From Spirochaetia bacterium (lineage in GTDB: Bacteria; Spirochaetota; Spirochaetia; UBA9216), in the NCBI GenBank assembly GCA_963675665.1, contig OY776510.1, positions 4,160,001 through 4,224,000 of the forward strand: a stretch of 64,000 nt of DNA, read 5' to 3'. Both the position numbers and the translations under genes were made by a program. A model generated the notes under the pieces. The model was not told the origin of the DNA. It made no database searches and worked only from the letters and a program-made list of their open reading frames with translations. The first letter of the stretch is position 1; every line of letters begins with the position of its first letter. Positions 47,909 to 56,041 of this stretch are shown piece after piece.

Positions 47909-48898
47909 TCAATTCTCCATGGCTCCGTCAAAATCCACGGAAGAAGGGGCAAAATTTATCCTGCGTACAAATTCAAGCGATTCTGCAGCACCGAATTCAC
48001 GATCCATTCCGTTATCTTCCCATTCTACGGATAACGGCCCTGTATAGCCTGCATCATTCAATTCGCGAATTATTGCATCAAAATCGACCTGCCCGTGTCC
48101 TATCGACCTGAAATTCCATCCTCTCCTTCCGTCGCCGAACTGCAGATGTGATCCCAGAATGCCGCTTCTGCCGTCCAGGGTTACCGAAGCATCTTTCATA
48201 TGCACATGGTAAACCTTGTCCGCGAAATCCCTGAGAAACAGATGCGGACTTATTCCCTGCCAGATAAGATGACTTGGATCGAAGTTTAACCCAAGCGTTG
48301 CCCTGTTTTCAAAAACCTCAAAAAGCTTAACAGTGGACCAGTAATCATAGGCAATTTCAGACGGGTGCACTTCAAGGGCGAATTTAACGCCTGCCTTATC
48401 GAATTCATCAAAAATCGGAGTCCAAAGTTCCTTTATCTCCTGATAACCGTCTTCAACCATCTGCTCAGTTGTCTGTGGAAAGGAATACAGGTATTTCCAT
48501 ATCGGCGAACCCATAAAACCGGTTACAACCTCACAACCCATGGCGGCGGCAGCCCGGGCCGTATAAATCATTTCCTCTATTCCCCACTTCCTGATTTCAT
48601 CAGGCTTGCCCTGATATTTTGCAGGCGCAAAACCGTCAAGACGCGGATCATTATAATCACCTACACACTGCCCCGACAAATGGGCGCCCAATGCAAAGCA
48701 ACTTAAATTATTTTTTTTCAGAATCTCTTTTTTATCATTTGAATATGATATATCGGTTGCAGCCTTTCTGACATTCATATGATCACCCCAGGCAGCAATC
48801 TCAAGCCCGTCGTACCCGATTTTACTGATAAGAACACATAGCTCGCTGAAAGGTATATCGGCCCACTGTCCTGTAAAAATCGTAACCAATCTTCCCAT
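47909..48898 (-). CDS. Sugar phosphate isomerase/epimerase (xylose-isomerase-like TIM barrel)
   Basis: FTGQWAD, GYDGLEIA, FALEVHP, NFDPSH, YHVHMKD, GPLSVEWED. Confidence 0.9.
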   Translation of the reverse strand: MGRLVTIFTGQWADIPFSELCVLISKIGYDGLEIAAWGDHMNVRKAATDISYSNDKKEILKKNNLSCFALGAHLSGQCVGDYNDPRLDGFAPAKYQGKPDEIRKWGIEEMIYTARAAAAMGCEVVTGFMGSPIWKYLYSFPQTTEQMVEDGYQEIKELWTPIFDEFDKAGVKFALEVHPSEIAYDYWSTVKLFEVFENRATLGLNFDPSHLIWQGISPHLFLRDFADKVYHVHMKDASVTLDGRSGILGSHLQFGDGRRGWNFRSIGHGQVDFDAIIRELNDAGYTGPLSVEWEDNGMDREFGAAESLEFVRRINFAPSSVDFDGAMEN

Positions 48899-48927
48899 TA
48901 TAATCTCCTCAGGTAATTTAATATCAT

Positions 48928-48951
48928 TTTAATGCACACGCGTGCATTAAA
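48928..48951. promoter_or_regulatory. LacI-type operator palindrome
   Basis: TTTAATGCAC-aCGc-GTGCATTAAA with central CG, immediately downstream of the -10 box. Confidence 0.75.
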
Positions 48952-48979
48952 TATTAACACACACCACCTGATAGCACAA
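48951..48979 (-). promoter_or_regulatory. Sigma70 promoter of the isomerase-LacI unit
   Basis: TTGTGC-N17-TAATAT. Confidence 0.55.
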
Positions 48980-49014
48980 GAAATAATATTTTAGGATTTA
49001 TTTTCTGAAGATCA

Positions 49015-50913
49015 ATCGAGTAGGCAGAAATCAATAAATTTCTGCCTCTCACACCACCGTACGTACCGTTCGGTATACGGCGGTTCAACCAAATAGACTG
49101 TGGTACCTCAAATCAAGTACCACCCGATCAGCCTCCATGCGTTTCGTATGGAGTTTCTTGTAGAAATCCAGAGCATCTAACAACCCAAAGTGATTATGAA
49201 TTATATCGTTCTTCAACAGAGGATTCATAACACCGGCCATTTTCCAATAAGAGTTGCTTCCAAGTTTCCAATGGCTCAGAACAGAATCACTAACGCCTAA
49301 TTGTCTCAAACGATGTTTTCTATTCCTTCCGGTTTTCCACTGTTTCCAAAGATATTGGCGAATGCGTCTTCTTGTCCACTCCACCAACCTTTCGAGGTAG
49401 TTTTTCATGGAGCTTCTTGCGAAGTATCCTATCCATCCTCTGAACATGCTGTTAAGCTCTTTAATAACCGTTTCAATCTTTACTCCTCTGTTACGTCGGG
49501 TAATTAGTCTGATACGGTCTTCGAGCTTCTTAAGTTTCTTCTTTTGAGGATAGACTATTCCTAATATTTCCTGTTTCCCGTAGGTCAAGAAGGTGAATCC
49601 GAGGAAGGAAGAGCCCGCGGCTTTTCGCGCCTCTGTCTTTTCCATATTCACTTTAAGTTTTAATTTTCGCTCAAGATAGCTTTTCACACTATCTCTCACC
49701 CGGTAAGAAGACCTCTTGCTCTTTGTGAAGATGTTACAGTCATCTGCGTACCTGACAAAACGTAATCCCCGCTTTTCCAATTCCTTGTCATACGGGGTTA
49801 GATAAATATTTGACAGTAGTGGAGACAGCGGTCCCCCCTGAGGTGTTCCCAAGGCTGTGGCCATCATACTTCCATCCGTCATCACTCCGCTTTTTAAGAA
49901 TACGTAGATGAGCCTCCTGATGTCCTTATCGTCCATGTGTTTGTCTATCAAACTCATTAGGATGTCATGGTTTACAGTGTCGAAGAACTTGGATAAATCC
50001 AAATCAACTACATGGGTGTATCCTTCGGACATGTAGGTCTGGGCGAGTCGAACCGCATCTTCTGCGCTTCTGTTCGGTCGAAACCCAAAACTAAAGTCGC
50101 TGAAAGTCGGTTCAAACACCGGAGTTAAAACCTGAACCATAGCCTGTTGGATTACACGGTCTATTACCGTGGGGATCCCCAGAAGTCGTACGCCCCCGTT
50201 GTCTTTTGGTATTTCTACTCGCAGTACTGGTTTTGGTTTGTACTTCCTGCTCAAAATCTGCCTGCATATTTCAGGATAGTTCGCCTCGAAGTATTTCGGG
50301 AGTTCTTCTACTCCCATTCCATCCACTCCACAGGCACCTTTATTTGCCATCACCTTTCTGACAGCTTCCTGAATATTTGCAGGGGAAATCAGTTGTTCGC
50401 ATAGATTGGTATTCGGTATTAACTTGTCGTCCTTTCTCATGTGTTCCTTTCTACTCTGAATTATCCCCTGTGAAGACTTTTTTTTTCGTCGTTCGGATTA
50501 TCAGGTAGGCCTTTCCGCTTTGAAAGGTATTTGATTGTTCAGCCCTTCATGATGTTTCCTCATCACTACTATGGCTTCTGCTGACTTCTCATGGCAAGCT
50601 TTACTCCGTCTATAATAAGCGATATTGCAGCCTAAGACGTCCATGAGACCTCCCCCGTTAAGGATAATGACTTTCCTTCCATGTAACCGCCACATTTACT
50701 TCATCAGTTGTAGTGCGGATTTCGTCACTTTTAGCAAACTCGTCCACTGATAAAGCCTTATATGTGATTTCTGTTCGTCGGTTCGGAAATTTGCCTCATG
50801 CTTCCTTCAGACCCAGCCTCACGACTACGCCCTTGCTGTCAGCTAACAGTTTCTTTAACACTACCACCTGTAACGGACTCTCACCGTCAAGTCATTACCC
50901 ATGCAGGGCAAAC
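49015..50913 (-). mobile_element. Group II intron, class IIC (~1.9 kb)
   Basis: 5' end GTTTGCCCTGCATGGG directly after a terminator stem-loop. GAGAAGTCAGCAGAAGCCATAGTAG...GAAGGGCTGAAC (DII/DIII region), short DV ACCGCCGTATACCGAACGGTACGTACGGTGGT with a CGC triad, DVI with a bulged A, and 3' end CTCGAT. Confidence 0.93.
49085..50440 (-). CDS. ltrA: Group II intron reverse transcriptase/maturase, no endonuclease domain
   Basis: NKGACGVDG, IPK.NGG.R.LGIPTV.DR.IQ, DLDLSKFFD, GTPQGGPLSPLLSNIYL, RYADD, X domain RGWIGYF. Confidence 0.96.
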   Translation of the reverse strand: MRKDDKLIPNTNLCEQLISPANIQEAVRKVMANKGACGVDGMGVEELPKYFEANYPEICRQILSRKYKPKPVLRVEIPKDNGGVRLLGIPTVIDRVIQQAMVQVLTPVFEPTFSDFSFGFRPNRSAEDAVRLAQTYMSEGYTHVVDLDLSKFFDTVNHDILMSLIDKHMDDKDIRRLIYVFLKSGVMTDGSMMATALGTPQGGPLSPLLSNIYLTPYDKELEKRGLRFVRYADDCNIFTKSKRSSYRVRDSVKSYLERKLKLKVNMEKTEARKAAGSSFLGFTFLTYGKQEILGIVYPQKKKLKKLEDRIRLITRRNRGVKIETVIKELNSMFRGWIGYFARSSMKNYLERLVEWTRRRIRQYLWKQWKTGRNRKHRLRQLGVSDSVLSHWKLGSNSYWKMAGVMNPLLKNDIIHNHFGLLDALDFYKKLHTKRMEADRVVLDLRYHSLFG

Positions 50914-50914
50914 T

Positions 50915-50942
50915 AAAAAAACCGGGGTGTCCCCCGGTTTTT
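50915..50942 (-). terminator. Terminator of the tRNA gene, which is also the intron target stem-loop
   Basis: AAAAACCGGGG-gaca-CCCCGGTTTTTTT, then A and the intron 5' end. Confidence 0.9.
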
Positions 50943-50957
50943 AAACTGTAAATACTC

Positions 50958-51031
50958 TGGGCGACATTGGATTCGAACCAACGACCCCTTGCGTGTCGAG
51001 CAAGTGCTCTAACCAACTGAGCTAGCCGCCC
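50958..51031 (-). tRNA. tRNA-Val(GAC), CCA not encoded
   Basis: GGGCGGC/GTCGCCC acceptor stem, TAGCTCAGTTGGTTAGAGC D arm, CTTGC-TCGACAC-GCAAG anticodon arm, GGTTCGAATCC T arm. Confidence 0.95.
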
Positions 51032-51046
51032 CCTGACAGTAAGATT

Positions 51047-51074
51047 ATTATACAAAGTGTAGCAACTCTGTCAA
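51047..51074 (-). promoter_or_regulatory. Consensus sigma70 promoter of tRNA-Val
   Basis: TTGACA-N16-TATAAT. Confidence 0.85.
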
Positions 51075-51099
51075 CATAATTCCGAATTTAAATCAGAAT

Positions 51100-51137
51100 A
51101 AAAAACCGCTGCTCATGGCAATACACAGCAGCGGTTT
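51100..51137 (-). terminator. Terminator of the che operon
   Basis: AAACCGCTGCT...AGCAGCGGTTT followed by a T run on the minus strand. Confidence 0.8.
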
Positions 51138-51162
51138 CATTTTTATACAATTCTTTAAGAAT

Positions 51163-51597
51163 CTATTTTATAGTCATAAGTATGCGCTCAAGGACTTTCG
51201 CCCTATCAAGCGGTTTTACAATATAATTCTTCGCGCCTATCAAAAGCGATTTCTTCACAAGGTCCTGCTTGCCGAGAGCGCTTATCATTATTACCTTGGC
51301 ATCCTTGTCGAATTCAATAATTTTTTCAAGCGCGGTAACACCGTCCATCTTGGGCATGGTTATATCCATTGTAACAAGATCTACGTTCGGATACTGCTCC
51401 TTATACATTTCGAAACCTTCCTGGCCGTCAGATGCTGTGCCCAGCACATCAAATCCTTCAGACGTCAAAATCTGGCTGATTTGTTTTGTAACAAACATGG
51501 AATCATCAACAACCAGAACCCTGTATTTGGATCCGTCCGGTTTCTGCCCTTCAGGCTTCCTTTCATTTATATTTGGAAAATCCTGTTTATTCTTCAT
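51163..51597 (-). CDS. cheY: Chemotaxis response regulator CheY
   Basis: VLVVDDS, DLVTMDITMPKMDG, ISA, YIVKP; follows cheX. Confidence 0.93.
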   Translation of the reverse strand: MKNKQDFPNINERKPEGQKPDGSKYRVLVVDDSMFVTKQISQILTSEGFDVLGTASDGQEGFEMYKEQYPNVDLVTMDITMPKMDGVTALEKIIEFDKDAKVIMISALGKQDLVKKSLLIGAKNYIVKPLDRAKVLERILMTIK

Positions 51598-51610
51598 TTA
51601 ATATCTCCTG

Positions 51611-52072
51611 TTACCTTTCTCTGACCGCTACATTTATTTCCATCTTTCCCTCACTGAGTTCAATCGGAACAATCAGGGCCTCAACACCTGTATCAGATAC
51701 TTCCATATTCTCACCCGTAAAAATTGCCGGCGGGGTTAAATCAAAAGTAAAGCCCAGTTCATGCAGTTTGGTGACGGCCTGCGCCGTTATCATGTTAGCC
51801 AGTTCTGTAATTGTAGCTTTGGCAAGATCGTCGAACGAACTGAGTTCTTCACCGTTCATTTTTCCAGCAATTCCCAGCGCCGTTTTCTCATTCATATCAA
51901 ACAGCACCCGGCCTTCAACATCTCCTGCAAGCCCGACAATAGCAGCAACGCCCAATACAGGCTGGGATGTTGATTTCAGATACAATTCACCTCTCTTTAT
52001 ATCAGAATCGACAACTTCTTTCATAATATTAAATGCTGCTTCAACAAATGGATTAATATACTCTACTCTCAT
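51611..52072 (-). CDS. cheX: CheY-P phosphatase CheX
   Basis: MRVEYINPF, VGLAGDVEGRVL, catalytic ELANMI, LTPP. Confidence 0.95.
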   Translation of the reverse strand: MRVEYINPFVEAAFNIMKEVVDSDIKRGELYLKSTSQPVLGVAAIVGLAGDVEGRVLFDMNEKTALGIAGKMNGEELSSFDDLAKATITELANMITAQAVTKLHELGFTFDLTPPAIFTGENMEVSDTGVEALIVPIELSEGKMEINVAVRER

Positions 52073-52091
52073 CTAACACTCCTATAAAATT

Positions 52092-52199
52092 CCTGCCACT
52101 GAGGGCAGGTTTGTGACGTGAAGTTTACTAACTTCGTTAGTAAACTTCAAAATGATAAAATAGCAAAAGGTGCTTGCACCTTAGGCTATCTTTATCATT
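52092..52199 (-). repeat. Triple-hairpin intercistronic module C
   Basis: On the + strand: CCTGCC-actgag-GGCAGG; TGAAGTTTACTAAC-ttc-GTTAGTAAACTTCA; imperfect AATGATAAAATAGC..AAGGTGC-tt-GCACCTT..GCTATCTTTATCATT. Confidence 0.85.
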
Positions 52200-52209
52200 C
52201 CTCCTATAT

Positions 52210-53553
52210 TCAGATCTTTCTGTAAGCCTGGATACGTCCCCTGGTAACAGCTTCCCATCCGTTTCCTTTAACCACTTCATTAGCCCCTACTACCAGAATA
52301 CCATTCGGTTTCAGTTTATCATAAAATATATCAACCAGCTTCTGCTGATCACTTAAAGGCTGATAAGACATTACATCACGTGCAATTATCAAATCAACCG
52401 GCGGAAACTGATTGTCATGAGTAACATCATGATACTCAAAGAGTATAAGATCTTTTATCCCGGAAACAAAATGCCAGCCGTTTTTTCCTTCTGCAACATA
52501 TTCATCATAGAGATCCGGAACATTGCTTCTGGCAAATATAAGGTTTGGCGCAGTAGATATATTAAGCAGATCACTGTCATTTGCATAAATCTTCAGTTTT
52601 TTACTGCTGAATTTCTTCTTTAAACAAACGGCTGCGGAATATGCTTCTTCGCCCTTTCCGCACCCGACGTTCCAGACATGATACGTTCCGCTTTCACTTT
52701 CCTGAAGGATTTCAGAGAAGGCTTCCGCATAATCCTGTTCCCAGAAATGCCCGGTGTAAGGCGATTCAAAACCATGAAGAAACTCTTCCGCATCAACAGG
52801 ATTTTTTAATTGAATCTCAAGCCCGCTTTCACTGCGCAATTTTAACCACGAACTGAATCGTGTCTTTACCCAATTTTCATTGACGGGACTTACAAAAAAA
52901 CTTCGGAATGTGCCGAGAGTTTCTACAATGAATGAATAATCTACATGTTCTCCCGTTTCTGCGTCCTTTTTGACCGGTTGCTTTGTATCAACAGGAGCGG
53001 CACCCTTTATGTCCGGCTTGTTTCTTTTCTGCAGAGCATCTTCAGCAGTTTCCTGATTAAAAATACTCTCCACATCAAGAATGATGTAAAGTTTTTTTTC
53101 ATTCTCAACAATGCCTTTTATAAACTTGATATTAATATCACCGAACAGCGGATGCGGCGGCTGGATTTTCTCTGATGAAATTCCGACAACCTTGTCAATC
53201 GTATCTACGATCACTCCTATTGTATTATCTTCAAGACGTAAAATAATCATATTCTCCGGTGCGCCGCGATTATCCGGAACAGGCAGGCTGAACATCAGTC
53301 TTAAATCAATAACAGATATAATGTCGCCTCTTAAATTATAAACACCCTTCACATAAGGTATTGAATTCGGTACATAGGTAAATTTGGAAGCTTTGGAAAT
53401 CTCCTTAACCTTCATTATATCTATACCGTAATCCTTTCCACCTAATGAAAAGGTCACCATTTTATAATCTATGATATCGGTCTTCTCTTTCAGCTCCTCT
53501 CCGCTGTCGGCGAGAAAATCAAGATCATTTAAATTAATTATTTCAGAACTCAT
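52210..53553 (-). CDS. cheW: CheW with a C-terminal CheR-like domain
   Basis: VTFSLG..DYGIDI..VKEI, GVYNLRG.I, then WNVGCGKGEEAYS and DLIIARDV. Confidence 0.93.
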   Translation of the reverse strand: MSSEIINLNDLDFLADSGEELKEKTDIIDYKMVTFSLGGKDYGIDIMKVKEISKASKFTYVPNSIPYVKGVYNLRGDIISVIDLRLMFSLPVPDNRGAPENMIILRLEDNTIGVIVDTIDKVVGISSEKIQPPHPLFGDINIKFIKGIVENEKKLYIILDVESIFNQETAEDALQKRNKPDIKGAAPVDTKQPVKKDAETGEHVDYSFIVETLGTFRSFFVSPVNENWVKTRFSSWLKLRSESGLEIQLKNPVDAEEFLHGFESPYTGHFWEQDYAEAFSEILQESESGTYHVWNVGCGKGEEAYSAAVCLKKKFSSKKLKIYANDSDLLNISTAPNLIFARSNVPDLYDEYVAEGKNGWHFVSGIKDLILFEYHDVTHDNQFPPVDLIIARDVMSYQPLSDQQKLVDIFYDKLKPNGILVVGANEVVKGNGWEAVTRGRIQAYRKI

Positions 53554-53564
53554 AAATCCTCACC

Positions 53565-55919
53565 TCAACTGATTGTTGCTTCCCGCATCTGGCGTTCTTC
53601 CAATTCTCTCTTTAACCCCAGCTCAAGAAGCTGACTTACATCTATTATCAGCGAAACAGTACCGTCACCCAGAATAGTTGCTCCGGCTATACCCGGTGAA
53701 CTGGTATATTTGTCTTTCAGCGGTTTTATTACGACATCTTCCTCTCCGATAAGCGAATCCACCACAAGCCCCATTTTTTTATCTCCACTGCCGACAATTA
53801 CAACAAAATGGTATTCCCCTACTTCATCAGTCTGAATCCTGAAAAGCCGGTTCAGCCTGATCAGCGAAACGACATCCTGACGGACATTGAATACCTCGTA
53901 ATTATCAATCATTTTAATTTCTTCAGGCTTTATCCTGTGGCTGTCGATAACGGAGGTAATTGGTATAGCATATATTTCCTGCCCTACCCTGACAAGCAGT
54001 CCCTGTATGATGGCAAGGGTCAAAGGCAGTTTGATAGTAAATACTGATCCGCTGCCTTTTTCAGAATAGACACTCACATTACCATTGAGCTTCTCTATCT
54101 GCTTGCGTACTACATCAAGACCTACTCCACGTCCGGAAATATTCGTTACCTCTTTGGCAGTAGAAAACCCGGCTTCAAATATAAGGTTAAATGCTTCAAC
54201 ATCTGAAAGATTTTTCGACGGATGAATGAGACCATTATCAATAGCTTTCTTTCGAACCTTTTCTACATCTATTCCTTTGCCGTCGTCACTGATTTCTATG
54301 ACAATCATGTTGCCTTCGTTCCTGGCCTTTAATAAAACAGTTCCTGCTTTCGGTTTTCCTGATGCTTTGCGCTCATCAGGATTCTCGATACCGTGGTCTA
54401 CAGAATTTCTTACACAGTGAATAAGCGGGTCAAGAAGATCATCAATAACTGATTTATCCAGTTCCGTATCTTCTCCTTCAATTACCAGTTTTATTTCTTT
54501 TCCGCACGAACGTGAAAGATCCCGCACCAGGCGTGGAAACCGGGAGAATATCTGTGATATCGGAACCATCCGAATCTGCATTACGCCTTCCTGAAGTTCA
54601 CTTGTTGTCCGGGCAAGACTTTGTGCCGTATTAAGGAATTTAGCAACAGTATTTTTAAGATTACCTTCAATGCCGTCAAAAACACTGAAGAGATTACCGT
54701 AGTGCTCGTTTATCTCAGTTCTGATTTCTTTTATCTCGGTTCCATTTTGTATTTTTTGCAGATAATCAGGCAACTTGTCAAAAAGTTCTTTGAGTTTCTC
54801 TCTGTAAACGGTTTGATTAGCCTGTAATTCAAGCAGGTTTTCTGAAAAACTGCTGCTTATTTGATTGAATGACGCTTTTGTAATAACAGTCTCCGAAACA
54901 AGGTTGAGAAGATTATCTATTCGTCTGGAATCAACTCTTAGAATAGACCCGCTGCTCTTGTTGGTTCGTCTGATATCCTTTACAGGCTGCCTGGATTCTT
55001 CCGCCTCATCCGGCTTTTGTTCAGGCAGCGCAACACCGGATTTAACGGGTTCTTCAGACACACTCTGTTTCTCAGCTTCCGGTTGGACTGTTTCCTCTTC
55101 ATCGGATTCTTTGGCAACCAGTCCCTCTACCTCGGAATCAACATCAAGATATTTTACAACCGACTCAATAATTACATCTGGAATGTTTACTGCTTTTTCA
55201 ATCTCATCAGTTGACAATTCCGTTGCAATATAAAAATCAGCTTCCGGGTGAAATACATCTTTGTATAATTCATCAAAATCAGGATTGGAACTTAATATTT
55301 TGCTGTTTTTATTCAATGCGGCATATATCTGTACTCCGCCTACCGTATTCATTGGATTATCTTCGTTAAATACTATGTGAACGGTAATCAGTTTTTCATT
55401 CTCTTCACACTGCTCTTTCATTTCAAGCAATTCATATTCAGAAGGTCCTGCATCTCCGGAGGGTTCAGCCTTTTTTGCCGCCGGTTCTTTTACTGCAGGC
55501 TCCTGATCAACTACCGGTTTCTCTCCGTTGATGAATGCTTCAAGCTTTCCGGAAACCTCGCTGGTATCTTCATTATAAATACCGCCGTCCGTTCGGGCTT
55601 CAAGCATGGCTTTGATAATATCGATTGCTTCCAGAATAACATCAACTACTTCAGGAGTAACCTCGACCTTTCCGGCCCTTATTTCATCAAGAGCATCTTC
55701 ACAGAGATGTGTGAAATGCGACAGCTCATCCATCTGAACCGTTCCGGCTGCCCCCTTCAGGGTATGTGCAGCCCTGAAAATTTCGTCGACAGCCTCTTTG
55801 TTATGAGGCTCGTTCTCAAGCACCAGGATGTTCTGTTCAAAAGTTTCAACCTGGAGCTCAGCTTCCATAAAGAAATCTTTAAGAAGTTCTTCATTATTAG
55901 GATCTAGGTAATCGCTCAT
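53565..55919 (-). CDS. cheA: Chemotaxis histidine kinase CheA
   Basis: FRAAHTLKG, RVDS.RID.LLNLVSE, HCVRNSVDHGIE, DDGKGID, SGRGVGLDVV. Confidence 0.97.
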   Translation of the reverse strand: MSDYLDPNNEELLKDFFMEAELQVETFEQNILVLENEPHNKEAVDEIFRAAHTLKGAAGTVQMDELSHFTHLCEDALDEIRAGKVEVTPEVVDVILEAIDIIKAMLEARTDGGIYNEDTSEVSGKLEAFINGEKPVVDQEPAVKEPAAKKAEPSGDAGPSEYELLEMKEQCEENEKLITVHIVFNEDNPMNTVGGVQIYAALNKNSKILSSNPDFDELYKDVFHPEADFYIATELSTDEIEKAVNIPDVIIESVVKYLDVDSEVEGLVAKESDEEETVQPEAEKQSVSEEPVKSGVALPEQKPDEAEESRQPVKDIRRTNKSSGSILRVDSRRIDNLLNLVSETVITKASFNQISSSFSENLLELQANQTVYREKLKELFDKLPDYLQKIQNGTEIKEIRTEINEHYGNLFSVFDGIEGNLKNTVAKFLNTAQSLARTTSELQEGVMQIRMVPISQIFSRFPRLVRDLSRSCGKEIKLVIEGEDTELDKSVIDDLLDPLIHCVRNSVDHGIENPDERKASGKPKAGTVLLKARNEGNMIVIEISDDGKGIDVEKVRKKAIDNGLIHPSKNLSDVEAFNLIFEAGFSTAKEVTNISGRGVGLDVVRKQIEKLNGNVSVYSEKGSGSVFTIKLPLTLAIIQGLLVRVGQEIYAIPITSVIDSHRIKPEEIKMIDNYEVFNVRQDVVSLIRLNRLFRIQTDEVGEYHFVVIVGSGDKKMGLVVDSLIGEEDVVIKPLKDKYTSSPGIAGATILGDGTVSLIIDVSQLLELGLKRELEERQMREATIS

Positions 55920-55929
55920 CTTAGTATTA

Positions 55930-55957
55930 ATGATATCTATTCATGGTTTTAAGTCAA
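55930..55957 (-). promoter_or_regulatory. Candidate sigma70 promoter of cheA
   Basis: TTGACT-N16-TATCAT, only 10 nt before the ATG. Confidence 0.5.
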
Positions 55958-56041
55958 GACTTTTTTTCGGCAGTTTTTCATCAATTATTCCGTGAAAACA
56001 CTCGATAAACTAAGTATAATAGGAATAGGAGCTTCTATATT

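Noticed and set aside
49085-50440. Reverse transcriptase as a retron, DGR or defence RT
   Set aside because: It is embedded in recognisable group II intron RNA domains (5' end, DV, DVI) and has a maturase X domain. I saw no TR/VR pair or msr-msd.
50958-51031. tRNA as the attachment site of an integrated island
   Set aside because: There is no integrase, and I noticed no duplicate of the tRNA 3' end in the window.
52210-53553. CheW-CheR fusion as a novelty
   Set aside because: Already known from spirochaete chemotaxis operons (for example Borrelia CheW3).
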